Shown: positions 1-12,614 of the stretch, in pieces
Position numbering within the stretch: position 1 is the first letter of the stretch
Layout of the letters: every line of letters starts with the position of its first letter
Translations under genes and position numbers: made by a program
DNA from: Eledone cirrhosa
Lineage: Eukaryota
Reading direction: 5' to 3'
NCBI GenBank assembly: GCA_964016885.1
Contig: OZ024745.1
Location: 115,382,001-115,446,000 of the forward strand
Length of the DNA: 64,000 bases
The notes under the pieces: model-generated
The model's database searches: none
Seen by the model: only the letters and a program-made list of their open reading frames with translations
What the model was told of the DNA's origin: nothing

Positions 1-700
1 AATTACTATATATTGACACGTTAAATTGAAAATATCTCACTAATTATTTCTTGTACAATACATTAATCAGTCATTTTTCTAGCGTATTTCCTATTTATGC
101 AAAATAAAAAATTTTGAGTAATGGAAAAATATTTAGAATCTATCAAATATAATTAAGCCATTCAAGAAAACAAAAAAAAACTACATTTATTTAACGTCTT
201 AAGTTGATTGTGCCTCACGTATTCTTCATGTCTTCTTAGAAACTACCACCTTTTGTTTAAATGAGTTTTGCAAACGTAATTTGGAAATAAATTACTTTTA
301 AACTGATATTCCAAACATTATTACAAAATATTATATATTGCATTGAAGCACGAGACTCGTGAAACAACGTATACATTTACTTCTTATCTTTATAGCACCT
401 TCAATTCACGTCATTGCAAGACATCATATCTCTCGGCTGATTAGTTTTGATGACTGTTGAAATAAAATCGTCTTCTCTAAATGTATTTCATTCTATTTTT
501 TTTTAAACACATTAACATTTATTACACAGGCTGGATATCTATTTCGGATTATCATAAGTTGACAAATAAATGATAGCTTAAATAACTGTAAACCAAATAT
601 TAAAGATGAAGTTACAAACATTGTATAAAAGTGAGATAATATATTTAAATTTTAGAATGACAGTCATACACAGTTTTTATAAGTCTGTCTTAAGCTAGAA

Positions 701-948
701 GGCTTATTCCGGTTTCATGGCGTGAAGCGACTGAGAGTATAAGACTTTCCCCTGGACAGGACGCCAGTCCGTCGCAGGATTAAATTCCCAGCTATTGCTG
801 GTACACATTTTCAGCTGATTATACATTTTACTACATAAAATGAAGCGTTTTGCTCAAGAACACAACACACAACCCAGCCAAGGAATCGAACCCACGACAT
901 TATGATTGTACGTCCCACACCCATACCATTAGGCCACGTGCCTCTACA
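701..948 (-). mobile_element. tRNA-derived SINE (degenerate)
   Basis: Reverse complement starts with a tRNA-like head: A-box-like GTGGCCTAATGGT and B-box GGTTCGATTCC, followed by a SINE-like body. Confidence 0.7.
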
Positions 949-1165
949 TGTCTTTATATGTAGAGTTTGAACATTTTCAGTATCTATAAATTATTTACAT
1001 CACATGGTTGTTCATAATGATATGGAATATTTTCAACCCATAGCTCGTCAATTTACCCTACCACTCTACAGATTTAGTCTGTGGTGTTTTCCTACACTAT
1101 GGCTTATTGTTCTATCTTAGACATAGAATAAAATATCCCATCTTCAATCTGAGAACATCTTCACC

Positions 1166-1560
1166 ATGTATATATTTAGATATAGTCACAGATACATATA
1201 TGAGTGTGGCTACCTTTCACAGTGTGGCTTAATGAAAAATATAATTAAGCAAATAATTATTAATCAGAACTATATATAAAATTGAAAGTTTGAAGAATTA
1301 TTAGATGCGCAGTGTTTCCTCTCCCTACTCCGTAGAAATCAACCATATAAATAATCATTTAGACGCGGCTATAAGTTTAAAATGTAACTATGAAGAAATA
1401 ATAGACAAATGATACAGACTATTTTCCGCAAGGAACAGTCAGATAAAATTTATCTAGTCATTCCTTTTAGCCCGTAGAAATTAACTAGACAAATAATCAA
1501 TTAAACGGAGCTAGGTCTAAAATAGAAGTTAGAAGAAAAAATGCATATAAACTTTACCAA
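1166..1560. repeat. Unclassified interspersed repeat with ~130-bp internal subrepeats
   Basis: Similar sequence recurs at ~28624-28860, and its start recurs at ~1866-1902 (ATGTATATATTTAGATATAGTCACAGATAC...CGTAGAAATTAACTAGA). Confidence 0.6.
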
Positions 1561-1903
1561 AATTCCTCTAGTCCCGACTGTCGACAGTTTCGCTCGTACT
1601 TTATGTATATATGCGATCCTGGTATTATCCATGAGGCTTCGAGCTTATCAAGAGACTCCTCAAGTTTGGACTAAAATTTCTACAGTGATCACCACCAGAA
1701 ATCAATTCAAAAATGGCTAAGAATCATCACGTGGCTAGTGGTCAAATTAGAAGGTTGCGAATGGTGGCCAGGCGGCAAGTAGGCTGGCTGCTAGAAAGCG
1801 CAGCCAGATACTGCCTAAAGTGTTACTCTGCCGTACGGAAGTATATATTAAATTCATAGGGATATATGTATATATTTAGACATATATTTAGACATAGTCA
1901 CTG

Positions 1904-2084
1904 ATGCATATGTATATTTATATAAATATATTTATATTTATATATATATATTTATATATATATATATATTTATATATATATGTATATTTATATTTATATA
2001 TATATATGTATATTTATATATATATATTTATATATATATGTATATTTATATATATATATTTATATATATATATTTATATATATA

Positions 2085-2176
<92 letters not shown>

Positions 2177-2198
2177 TATGTATATATTTATTTATATA
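1904..2198. repeat. Degenerate (TA)n microsatellite
   Basis: Directly visible. One of dozens of (TA)n, (CA)n, (TATG)n, (TCTA)n, (GA)n, (CTT)n and (TTG)n tracts that generate the spurious IY/VC ORFs. Confidence 0.98.
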
Positions 2199-2411
2199 AG
2201 ATAACAAGGTATCGTTTAAGGTAATTCAGCTAGAGGCTATGAGTACTCTGTATCGAGGATAGTTTTAACGTACGGCGTCGTTTGACTCAACAAGAAGTTT
2301 CCTTAGTCGGGTGGCCGGTTTAAGAAAGTTCCTAGGCAGGCGGTTCTTGGAGTAATAATAGTAAAATAATGAAGAATAACATGGTCGGCTGTACAATGGG
2401 GTTTATTTAAA

Positions 2412-2490
2412 GTATTAACAATTGTTTCATTAATCTGGTGTATCACTCGACTTTAATTACAGTCGATACCTGACCAAATCATCAAAATAC
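2412..2490 (-). ncRNA. Degenerate type I hammerhead ribozyme (PLE type)
   Basis: Minus strand reads GTATT-TTGATGA...GAAA-CAATTG-TT-AATAC: stem I GTATT/AATAC, palindromic stem III CAATTG, core C3 changed to T. Confidence 0.6.
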
Positions 2491-2569
2491 TGATTTGTGT
2501 ACAGGATACAGTGCGCTAGTATTTATAGATACATGGGAGAATAACATAAATGAAAACAACAACAATAAT

Positions 2570-2736
2570 AATTGTTTCTACTTTTGACACAAGGCCAGCA
2601 ATTACCCACTGCATTATTGGTACTTTATTGAAAGGCAAAGTTAACCTTGGCGGTATTTGAACTCAGACCGTAAAGGGACGTAACAATGCTGGAAAGCATG
2701 GCGTCCGACCCTCTACCGACACTGCCAATTCACCGC
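2570..2736 (-). mobile_element. tRNA-derived SINE, main family of this window (internally deleted copy)
   Basis: Matches the family consensus GGCGGTGGATTGGCAGTATCGGTAGAG...GAGTTCAAATCCC...GCCTTTCATCC...GTACCAGT...TAGAAACAATT. Confidence 0.9.
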
Positions 2737-3425
2737 GGAGAAAGTGAGGGAAGTGGTATGAAGAGATGATATGATAAGGGAGACACTGGCCAGTGTATTA
2801 AAATGGGATGATGGGGTAGTGGTGACATTCAAATACAGTGGCGTGGGTGGGTTAGATTAATGGAGCGGTGGAATATAAAATAAAGAATAAAAAATAAAAA
2901 GATAATGATAACAGATGAGTGATTAAGGTTGGAGTATTTTGAAAGTATTATCCTAATAGAGGTGAAGATTGATGGTAGTGGTGTGTATGAGAGGATGTGT
3001 CTATAAAAAAGCTGAGGGACTGTCGATTGATTTAATGTCCGATTGGTCAACTGACAGTTAGTTGTAGTGAGGATGTGTAAAGTTGGTCCGTTGGCGTCAG
3101 TGTAGTAGACGTTTTAAATCCGAGTGGTTTTGAATGGATAGTGAGATTGCCGGATCAAATCATGCTGGTCACGGTTTGTAGTTAGAGAATTTAATAACGG
3201 CTTTGTGCCTACAGAAGATTGTTTGCTCGATCTTGCCATTGAGCAGCATTTTGTTATATTGTAGAATATGGAGTAGTTCCATATTGCAGAGTCTACAGTG
3301 GGACATTCCATGTTGTAGGCCCTTGCATTTGATAACTTCGACCAGCTAATTTCATATTTCTGATTAATGTCCTTAAGCTGCCAGATTTTATTCGCCATAT
3401 TTATTTATATATATACATATATCTA

Positions 3426-3509
<84 letters not shown>

Positions 3510-3511
<2 letters not shown>

Positions 3512-3655
3512 AAACAAAGAGGGTGTGGTAAGATACCAGGTGGACCATAACGCACCAGAGTACTCAATACTTAGGATAGTAGAGTGGGTAATAGGAAAAG
3601 AGTCAGGACCCCGACGCCCGGAGCTCATTCGTCGAGGTCCTGACTCTTTTCCTAT
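3510..3655 (-). mobile_element. PLE terminal-repeat tail cassette, family A, with fold-back head
   Basis: Tail CCTATTACCCACTCTACT...GTATTGAGTAC...CTTACCAC recurs at 23490, 29175, 52860 and 59352. Inverted arms 3591-3616/3630-3655; flanked by (TA)n and (TCTA)n. Confidence 0.75.
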
Positions 3656-3671
3656 ATCTATCTTTATATCC

Positions 3672-3766
<95 letters not shown>

Positions 3767-3769
3767 GAT

Positions 3770-4660
3770 AGACGTGAGCCAGTTTGCTGGTAAGTTTTTG
3801 TTGATTTTCTACGTAAGAAATCAAAAATTTATTGTTGAATGTTATACTGTTTTTTAGCTTGACCCCACGTATGGACCTTCAGACGGTGGATCAACTCATT
3901 TTCACCCTTCCCTGGGGTGAAATTTTCGTTTGAAAAAATTTTCTGTGAAAAAATTGTAAACAAAACTTTGCATTCAGTCATGGAAGCCGCGTCCAGTACT
4001 AGAAGTGGTGCAGAGGCGGTAAGATTGTTAAGCTCGCAGTCATCTCCTCTCACCACCTCATTGAAAGACGTTAAAAATGTCGTCAGGTTTGAGAGACTCG
4101 TAAACACGATGTCGAACTTTGACTGTAACACCAACACCAATAACATGGAAAAGTTGAACAACACCAACCACAACAACAACAACAACAACAACAACAACAG
4201 CAACAATGATAACAACAACACCACCACCAACAACAGCAACACGAACAATTCCACAAACAAGGAAAAGAAGATTTCCTTTGCACAAACCGTCCAAAAGACG
4301 GAACTATTTACATATCTTGACAATGCTAGGGAATTGTTAAGAAAAGCAAAACAATATGTAACTTTTAGTGAGAGTGGTGCTTTCAGCATCACTTCTCCTC
4401 AACAGTTACGTAGAGAAACTATCCTAAAAACAATAATTTTTAGGACAGTTTCAAATTTGTCTAAAAAAAACCAGTGCAATTATCCCAAAACGAAATTGAA
4501 TTGGTTCTGAAGAATTCAATGAAGGATATGGCCTTCATCCAAAAAGGTAAACTTTTCGGAAGCATTTCGGTGCTGATGAAAGACCAATTGACGGCACAAA
4601 AATATTCTGTGTCGCCAATTGTGTCCCATCTTCTTCCTGGATATGTCAATATTTATAAAA
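3770..4660 (+). pseudogene. Tx1/L1-type LINE ORF1 remnant (frameshifted, 3' truncated)
   Basis: ORFs 3917-4510 and 4474-4731 join through a frameshift at the A-run near 4463. SFAQTV...LKTIIFRTVSNLS...FIQKGKLFGSISV...LLPGY is colinear with the ORF1 at 11500-11910 (SFAGVA...LRTVTYRTVSKMS...HITRGKKYATVDV...LVPSY). Confidence 0.7.
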
Positions 4661-4814
4661 CAAACTTTGTATTTTATCTGATGAGAGCATACCAAAGTTT
4701 TGGTACCTTTGAAATATATATGATAGAATAAATATTGTTTTATAAATATAGTTTCCATTTATTAATATCATTGATATATATATACACACATGTATATATT
4801 ACATATATATATAT

Positions 4815-5505
4815 ATCATCATCATCATCATCATCATCAACGTTTAACGTCCGTGTTCCACGCTTGCATGGGTTTGGACGGGGGTTTTCCCACTTGAGGC
4901 AAGAGTGATTGTCTTGCTCGCATAGGACTGTCTGGCGGGTTTTCTACAGCTGGATGCCCTTCCTAACACCAACCACATTTACAGTGTGGGGCTGGGAGGT
5001 TTTTACCGTGTTGCCTATACGGCCACATTACAGCGTGGACTGTCTGGCGGGTTTTCTACAGCTGGATGCCCTTCCTAACACCAACCACATTTACAGTGTG
5101 GGGCTGGGAGGTTTTTACCGTGTTGCCTACACGGCCACATTACAGCGTGGACTGTGTGTTCTTTTGTTGTGACACCTACACGATCTCATTTGTTTCGGCC
5201 TGGATGTTGTGGCACCAACATAACTTTACATTGAAAGGGGCGGTGTGGATGGGGTGGGAGTGGTGGGACGGGGGTGTATTTTGTTAGAGATGCCTACTGA
5301 CTGTAGTAGGTTTTACTTTGTATTTAGGTAAGGCGGGTCTTCTCTATTACTGAGTACCGCCAAAGGTCTCGGTCCAGTGACATTGTCTTGGAGAGGTGTA
5401 AGTGTGTAAGGTTGGAATTTATCAGCTCGTCCCAGGTTTTTCTGGGTCTGCCTATTCCGTGGCTACCGTCTATCTTTATTGCCCTGCACTTTGTTATACA
5501 GCTAT
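4815..5505 (-). mobile_element. LINE/SINE 3'-end-type repeat with (CAT)n tail and internal ~110-bp tandem duplication
   Basis: (CAT)n at 4816-4838. The unit GGACTGTCTGGCGGGTTTT...CCACATTACAGCGT occurs twice (~4925-5035, ~5036-5150). Confidence 0.6.
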
Positions 5506-5510
5506 CGTCT

Positions 5511-5582
<72 letters not shown>

Positions 5583-6354
5583 AGTGTGTGTATGTGTGTG
5601 AGTGTAATTTGATGGTTTGTGTGTGTATTTAATCACAGACTTATTTCATTCAACTATTTTTCTCACAGCTTGTTAATATATAATATATAAATAAACTGAA
5701 ATAATTACATCTCTGACTAAGGATTTGTTTCACGGAATGCTTAAATGACCAATAAACATTTGAATACCAGAAAATCATTAAACTCTGACGAAAGACTTCA
5801 ATTGATATTCTATGCAGGTACAGCCATCGTAATTTAAAGTCAGCATATTAGATTATATCGAATAATTTGTCCGATATTAATGTTGAAAAATGCATTGATG
5901 TGTGTAAATAACACGTGCCCAAATAATTGGAACAACTCATTATTTCTTCCTAAAAATAGGTTTTACGTTGGACAGTAGGTTATTTTTATTTCCATTCGTC
6001 ATAGTCTGGCGGTTTAGAAATGTAACCGAACATGTTATATAAGCTTCATTTTATATAACTACTTCTTCCGGTGACAGACTGAAGAAATTAAAGGGAAACA
6101 TCAGCCATAATGTCATGTTTCCGGTGATTTTTAAATAATCCTTTGATCCACAAACATTGATTTCGTAGTCTAGATCACAAACCCAATATTTAATATGATT
6201 AATAGAGTAAATGTGTATTATCAGCAAGATGAGACTTTAACACGGTTTTCCCTACATCTGTAGAGCATATTATAATCATGAATGTCACGTCATAAAGCAG
6301 CACTTTACTCCTCTATAATCTCGATATACTATACCTTTCGAACAAATCAATAAT

Positions 6355-6795
6355 CATAATATAATAAAGGGAGGAGTGCGGAACCGCGTCCTGAATATAT
6401 ATTTTTTACCCCGTTTATAAAATAATTTGGATTACTTTGAATAAATAATGAATGAATATTACATAATTTATGTACTAAATTTTGTAACTCTTGATTAAAT
6501 ATAAATAATTTTATTGCTTATTTTAAGATTCACTTCTTTTAAAATTTTCAAATGCCAATACTTCCGGTTACGATATAATGGACGCTATATCACATCGCTT
6601 ATGTTTCCGTCGCTAATTTTCTCCTTTTTGGTTTTCATAAAATTTTGCCGTGATGCAGTTTATATATGATAAGTTCTTTTCTTTTAATGTATCATGGATT
6701 ACTTTACTGATTACAGAGGACAGTGTAACACAGTCTCTCTTCAATTTCTGTGGATATTGTCAATTACGATTTTATTTGATGAATCATATCTGCTA
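6355..6795 (+). repeat. Unclassified ~450-bp interspersed repeat (3 copies)
   Basis: Similar copies at 12795-13270 (+) and 52275-52830 (-), sharing AATAAATAATGAATGAATATTACATAATTT...AAGATTCACTTCTTT...ATCATGGATTAC. Confidence 0.85.
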
Positions 6796-7359
6796 GTTTT
6801 GTAACTCTAATTGTGATTGCAGAGCATGAGTATTTACTTCCAATGAGTCTAAATATGTTTGAGGAAGGAGCCCCGCAAGGTGGGGTGGCTGTTTCAGCGG
6901 GTGTCGCTGGCCATTGTCCGCGGAAATGCCTTTGCAAATTTGTCCACGGGGCGCAACCGAAATACCTCCCCGACCTAGGTGTAGAATCTGTCATCCTCTC
7001 CCATCCCCCCTCTCTTTCTTCCGTGACCTAATAGTCATTGCTCTTCCCTCCCTTTCTTCTCATTTATGGCATTTATAGTCCTTTCCTTTACTTTCTTATA
7101 CTGCCAGATCTGCCCCTCATTAACTCTTACCCCTTTTTGTCATTATTTACATAATTAATAACGCGGTGGATTGGCAGCATCGGTAGAGAGTCAGACACTG
7201 CTTGACGTCATTAAATTTCACTCGATTTCCTCATACTTTTGAGGTAATTATAGACGTTAAAACTTTTACAAAATAGCAATAATTGTTGTTGATTTTGAGA
7301 CTGCAGATTTGACGTGAGGGGAATTTAATGTAGCTATTTTGTTGCATATGCGACAATAA

Positions 7360-7425
<66 letters not shown>

Positions 7426-7489
7426 AGGTTTATGGAAATTAGGTTAATGAAAAATTAGGTTAATGAAATTAGGTTAATGAAAATTTAAA

Positions 7490-8127
7490 ATATATAAATA
7501 AAGGCTCTTGCCATCCTCCTATAGTTTTTAAAAACCTTATCCCTAATATTAGCCGTAGGATCTCCACCCTCTCTTCCTCAGAAGCTATTTTCAATAAGGC
7601 ATCCCCCTACTATAATAAAGCCCTTCAAAATAGCGGATTTAGCGAACCGATTAAGTACATACCCAACAATACTAACTCTTTTAAACATAATAATAGGAAA
7701 AGAAAAATAATCTGGTTGACACCCCCTACTCTCTAGCAGTTAAAACTAATGTAGGCAAAAAATTCCTATAGCTCTTAGATAAACATTTCCCTAGAACACA
7801 TAGATACTTATAAGATCTTCAATAGAAACTGTGTCAAAATTAGCTACTCCTGCGTTCCCCCTATTAAATCTTATATCATCAATAAGAAATCACCCAGAGA
7901 ACATCAAAATTGCTCCTGTAGAGTCAAAAGTGAATGCCCATTACAAGTTTTTTTTTATATCTAGGTTTTTTACATACTTATTTATACGTGTGTGTGTATG
8001 TGGGTGAATGTATGTGTATGTGTATATATATGTGTGTATATGTATACGTATGTATGGGTGTGTATGTATATATGTATATATATATATATATAGTCGCGTA
8101 CGTACATGTGATTAGATATATATGTGG

Positions 8128-8169
<42 letters not shown>

Positions 8170-8991
8170 GTGCCTCTTGTGTATGTATGTACGCATGCAT
8201 GCGCTTTTGTCTGTACGTATTTGTGTGTATAAATATTTTTATATATATATGTGTGTACGTGCGTACCTATGTTTGTTTTCTTTTTTCTAGTGTTAATTGA
8301 TAACCCCTCCCTCTTACTTTCTCTTTGATTTAAACATTTTTTCATTCTCATATATTGTTTTATTTTTATACATATATCAAAAATGACACTTCTTTTTACT
8401 ATTACACTCCCTTCCCTCTTTATCTTCCGCATATAAGTGACCGCGGGTGTGTGTGTGTTTATACGCGTGCTTTCATACTCGTATGTGTATTTAATACCTG
8501 TATCTGGATGCGTGCTAACTATATTATCTTACAATTTCTTTTTCAACTTATATTATTTACGTATTTGTGGTCACATATACACAAATATACTTGCCCTCAT
8601 ATATGTACTTACGCACACATTTTCACCATACACTTGCATTTGTACATACACACATATGTACATTTGTGAGTGTATATACATACATATACACATAACCTAA
8701 CTATATTTCCTTATTTTTTTATATATCTCTTGCATTACTTTTATTTATATATTTTTTGCCCGTTAAACTCTTGCCTTTCTTGAGGAGATTTTTCAAATAT
8801 TTCACTATGTTTTAAATTGCCTTGTCCGATGAACGAATGAGGACGTTTTTCGTATTCGTCTTATTCGGGAAACCTCTGGTAATGAGGTAATTATATTGTA
8901 TTGTTTATTATACATTAAATTTAGCTCTGGTACTTACATAGAGCACTCTTCACTCCTATGACTTTTTCAATTTTCAACCGAAAATTTAATA

Positions 8992-8995
<4 letters not shown>
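7490..8995 (+). mobile_element. Penelope-like element 3' fragment
   Basis: 7690-7930 translates as [52 protein letters not shown] (PLE linker motif). A hammerhead-like core lies at 8820-8895 and the element ends in (TA)n. Confidence 0.85.
8820..8895 (+). ncRNA. Degenerate hammerhead ribozyme
   Basis: CCGATGA (core U4 changed to C), long stem II CGAATGAGGACG/CGTCTTATTCG, then GAAA-CCTC...GAGG-TA. Stem I is poor. Confidence 0.55.
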
Positions 8996-9062
<67 letters not shown>

Positions 9063-9145
9063 TATAAAGTATGTCCATAGAATCATTTAATAATATATAT
9101 ACACCATTTCCTCTCACAATTAGCATAATCAACCACATATATCTA

Positions 9146-9238
<93 letters not shown>

Positions 9239-9254
9239 TAGTAGTAGTCGTAGT

Positions 9255-9326
<72 letters not shown>

Positions 9327-9417
9327 AACTACTTCCACTTCAGCAGAAGGTAAAGGGTTCTGACTATATGCTGCAAAGCCTGTTGTCTGAGGCTCTATCG
9401 GTATTACTAATCCCCTA

Positions 9418-9605
9418 GGTGAATTGGCAGTATCGGTAGAGGGTCGGGTGCCATGCTTTGCAGCACAGTTACGTACCTTTACGGACTGAGTTCAAATCCC
9501 GCCGAGGTTAACTTTGCCTTTCATCCTTACGGGGTCGATAAAATAAAGTACCAGTAATACACTGGGATAATTGCTGGCCTTGTGCCAAAACTAGAAACAA
9601 ATAAT
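9418..9605 (+). mobile_element. tRNA-derived SINE, main family
   Basis: Near full-length consensus with B-box GAGTTCAAATCC. Confidence 0.9.
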
Positions 9606-9904
9606 TATAATAATGGTTTCTTTATTGACCACAAGGGCTAACATGAACAAACACATTAGAGACGGCACAGAACAGTACAGGACGATACAAAGTGGGTTTT
9701 GGTCGTGTAAACAGGTTATAACAAAATTGGGCTAGAAATCAAAAAGATTCAACGTAATTTGTGGACAGCCTACACTAGCCTTATCTGTTTCCCTACAGAA
9801 TACCCTATCTAAATACAATCTTGATGACCCGATGCAGTTTGCCCATGTCCACATTGGCACATACGGATAATACAGTCTATACCTGTCAGACAGTTCAAAA
9901 CGTC

Positions 9905-12568
9905 TGAGCAGGTTGTTGGGGCTTTTACACCCCCCTGCCCTGTCTACTAACCCACATAATCCCAGCGTGCATCTAAGATACCGTTCCAGTCGCCCACTAG
10001 CAACTAAATTGCGGGACGTTCCAAGAAAGGTTTCTAGACGTCTGAAGAAATCTGGCCGTCGCTGCTGGTCACGTCCAGCACCACCGACTTACCTTCTGGG
10101 TCCAGGAAGATGGCCCGTACGGCGAGATCCAAGCCCCTCCGAAAAAGCACGGCAACTCCTCCCCCCGATCCTGAACAGCTGGGAGATGCGTATACATCGT
10201 AGCCGCCGAAGATTGGTGCGAAGGCACGTGCTTCGGAGATTCTGGTCTCGCTGATGGCCACCACATCTATGTTTAGTGACCTGAGGTCGTTGAGCAGGTA
10301 ACCCAGCTTCCAAGATGACCCCAGGCCATGTACATTTATACTGCCTATTCTAAGTACGGCCCTGTTGGGTGAGAAACGGGGTAAGTGAGAAAAGATCACT
10401 TACCTTGATCGTGTTGTGAAGGGACAGTAGAACCGTCCCTTTGTCTGGTCATAGGTGTTTCCAAGAGGATGTCGGTGTATATCCTCTTGGTAACCGACAC
10501 ACTGAAGTTTACAACTGCGTTGGGGAATTTTTCTTTTAACAGCTTGTAATGTTCTATTTTGATTTCAATTATGTTTATGTTTTTCGGGAGAGTTCTTGGT
10601 TTTGGTGGGGTGTAGTAGTTTTTTTCTGTGATGTCTGTGTGCTGCTTTATATGTTGTAAGAGTTCTTTATTTGCTATGTTTATGGCTGTGTACTTTTTTG
10701 GGGGAGGGGTGATTTTGTTGCTGTTTTCTTCTTGTTGTTGTTGGATGTGTGTGTTTTGTTGTGTTTGCGATGTTGGTGTTTTTGGTGATGCTGGTGGTGG
10801 AGTGGTTGTTGTTGGTGGTGATGCTTGTGGTGGTGATGGTGGTGGTGGTGATGGTGGTGGTGTTGCTACAAGTCTCTTTGCAGACTTTACCCCTCTTTGT
10901 TTGCCTTCGCACTTGGACGGTGAAGCTAAGGGGTTTTTCCTTTCTTATTTTTTGTGGCAGATCGTTTGCCACTTCCCTCCCGCCTCATACTCCATGTCTT
11001 GGAGGGGTATGAGCTCCACTGCTGTTGGTGGTGGTAGTGGAGCCCGCTCCGGCGATTTTGCCGCCGGTGTTGCTACTGTGACTGTTGGTGTTGCCATCCC
11101 TGCAGCCACTGTTTTATTTGTCCATGGCCTTGGTATGGGTGCCTCGGACGTTGCCCTACTAATCACCATGGAAGGGTCTTCTGCCTCTGTTGCCTGCCAT
11201 GATCTTGGTAGCAGCGGATCAGGCGTCGGAAGGAGGGAGTCCCCGAGGTGACCCATCTGCTCACAGAGATAGCACTTTGGGCGTCTTCCTTCCACGCTTT
11301 TAGTGAGTTGGAGTCCTATTTCGAGGTCTATGACGTCTGGGATGGCCTCGATGCACTCCTGGACAGTGTGTATTAGCATTTGCATGCCTATTCGTGACCA
11401 GTTCTCTCCTCCCATTCTCTGTATTTGCAGTATGGTGGTTTTCTCCTCGATTCCAGCCAGTTCAGACGCGGCTAGCCAAGGTATGAGCCCGTCGGGCGGG
11501 GCCTGGGTCACCTTGACCCTCACAATTTTCTGCCCGCAGTAGGAGGGCACCAAGACTATCTCCTCACTCTTTAGGGTTTCCAAACAGTGTGACTTCGCCT
11601 CTTAAGGGGTGGTGAAAAGTACATCTACTGTGGCGTACTTTTTGCCTCGGGTGATGTGGGTTTTGCGCGACTAGACGCACCCCAAGGCCTTTTGGATTTG
11701 AGCCTCCGTAGCTCTCTCCACCCGATGTGACATTTTGCTTACGGTGCGGTAAGTCACCGTGCGCAGCTGCTGGTCTTTGAAGAAATCGGGTGGAGGTTTC
11801 AGGGAAACTCTATTGTCGTTTCTTGACACCATGGCTCTTGCGACTGCCATCTCCTCCTCTGTGACTAGCACTGTCTCTATATTTCGGGCAACACCTGCGA
11901 AAGAAGTGGCCCCTTTTTCAGCGGCACCATTATTGCTGCCGCTACTTCTGCTACTGGTGTTGTTGTTGGTGTTGTTGCTGTTGCTACTGCTACAAACGGT
12001 GTTGTTGGTGTTGTTGCTGTTATCACTGTTGTAGTTGGTTGTGTTTTTGGTGCCACAGCTGTTGTTGTTTTCGGTGCAATTTGTATTGTTGCTGTTGAAG
12101 TTGTCGTTGTTTATTTTCTTGTTAGTGGTGTTAATATCGTTGTTGCATTTGTTGTCATTTTTTTCTGTTGTCTCTATTTTGGTTGTCGCTGTTATTGTTG
12201 TAGTTGGTGTGGTAATTTAAAAAAAATTAGTGTTCTCGGTGTTGTTGTCTTTGTTCACGTTGTTTGTGGTGGTGTTTGTTGTATGAATTTCTGTAACCTC
12301 CTCTCAACTTTTACGCCATTGTCACACGACAGCAGACATATTGTTGGGGAGTGTGGCTCAGCCATGTTTTTAAAATTTTTTAAAAGTACAATGTTCAAAT
12401 GTTAATCAAATATTTGGGCCAAAAGGCCCAAATATTATACCTTCCCCTTCATAGGGCAAAGTCCAAGGGCTTATTATCCCTTACACAATAAGAAAAATTA
12501 AGCAACAAATAATTATAACAGGTAAATAAAGCGACTTACTGTGAGCGAGCAAAAAGACGTCCGAACAG
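9905..12568 (-). mobile_element. Tx1/L1-clade LINE: 5'UTR, disrupted ORF1 and start of ORF2 AP endonuclease
   Basis: ORF2 10034-10399 has AP-endonuclease motifs (IGSINVHGL, DVVAISET, SGGGVAVLF). ORF1 pieces contain a degenerate zinc knuckle CYLCEQMGH. Stops and frameshifts present; RT missing. Confidence 0.9.
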
Positions 12569-12614
12569 ACCAATAATAATAATAATGATAATAATGATAA
12601 TAATAATAACAACA

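Larger units (their letters stand above)
2200..3400 (-). mobile_element. Penelope-like retroelement 3' remnant (GIY-YIG C-terminus, 3'UTR, terminal repeat)
   Basis: ORF 3114-3398 (IWQLKDINQKYEISWSKLSNARAYN) parallels the PLE C-terminus at 19455-19590 (IWSLKDNHTQFKLHWEILARARSYN). A hammerhead-like core lies downstream, and both ends abut (TA)n. Confidence 0.8.

Noticed and set aside
5775-5830. CTGACGA as a hammerhead core (also ~42572-42595 and ~18056-18120)
   Set aside because: No properly placed GAAA with stems I and III and a cleavage triplet could be built.
7425-7485. TTAGG-containing tandem as interstitial telomere
   Set aside because: The unit is ~15 bp (TTAGGTTAATGAAA), not (TTAGGG)n or (TTAGG)n.
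9418-9510. Functional tRNA genes at SINE heads
   Set aside because: A and B boxes are present but there is no full cloverleaf, and the heads continue into SINE bodies.
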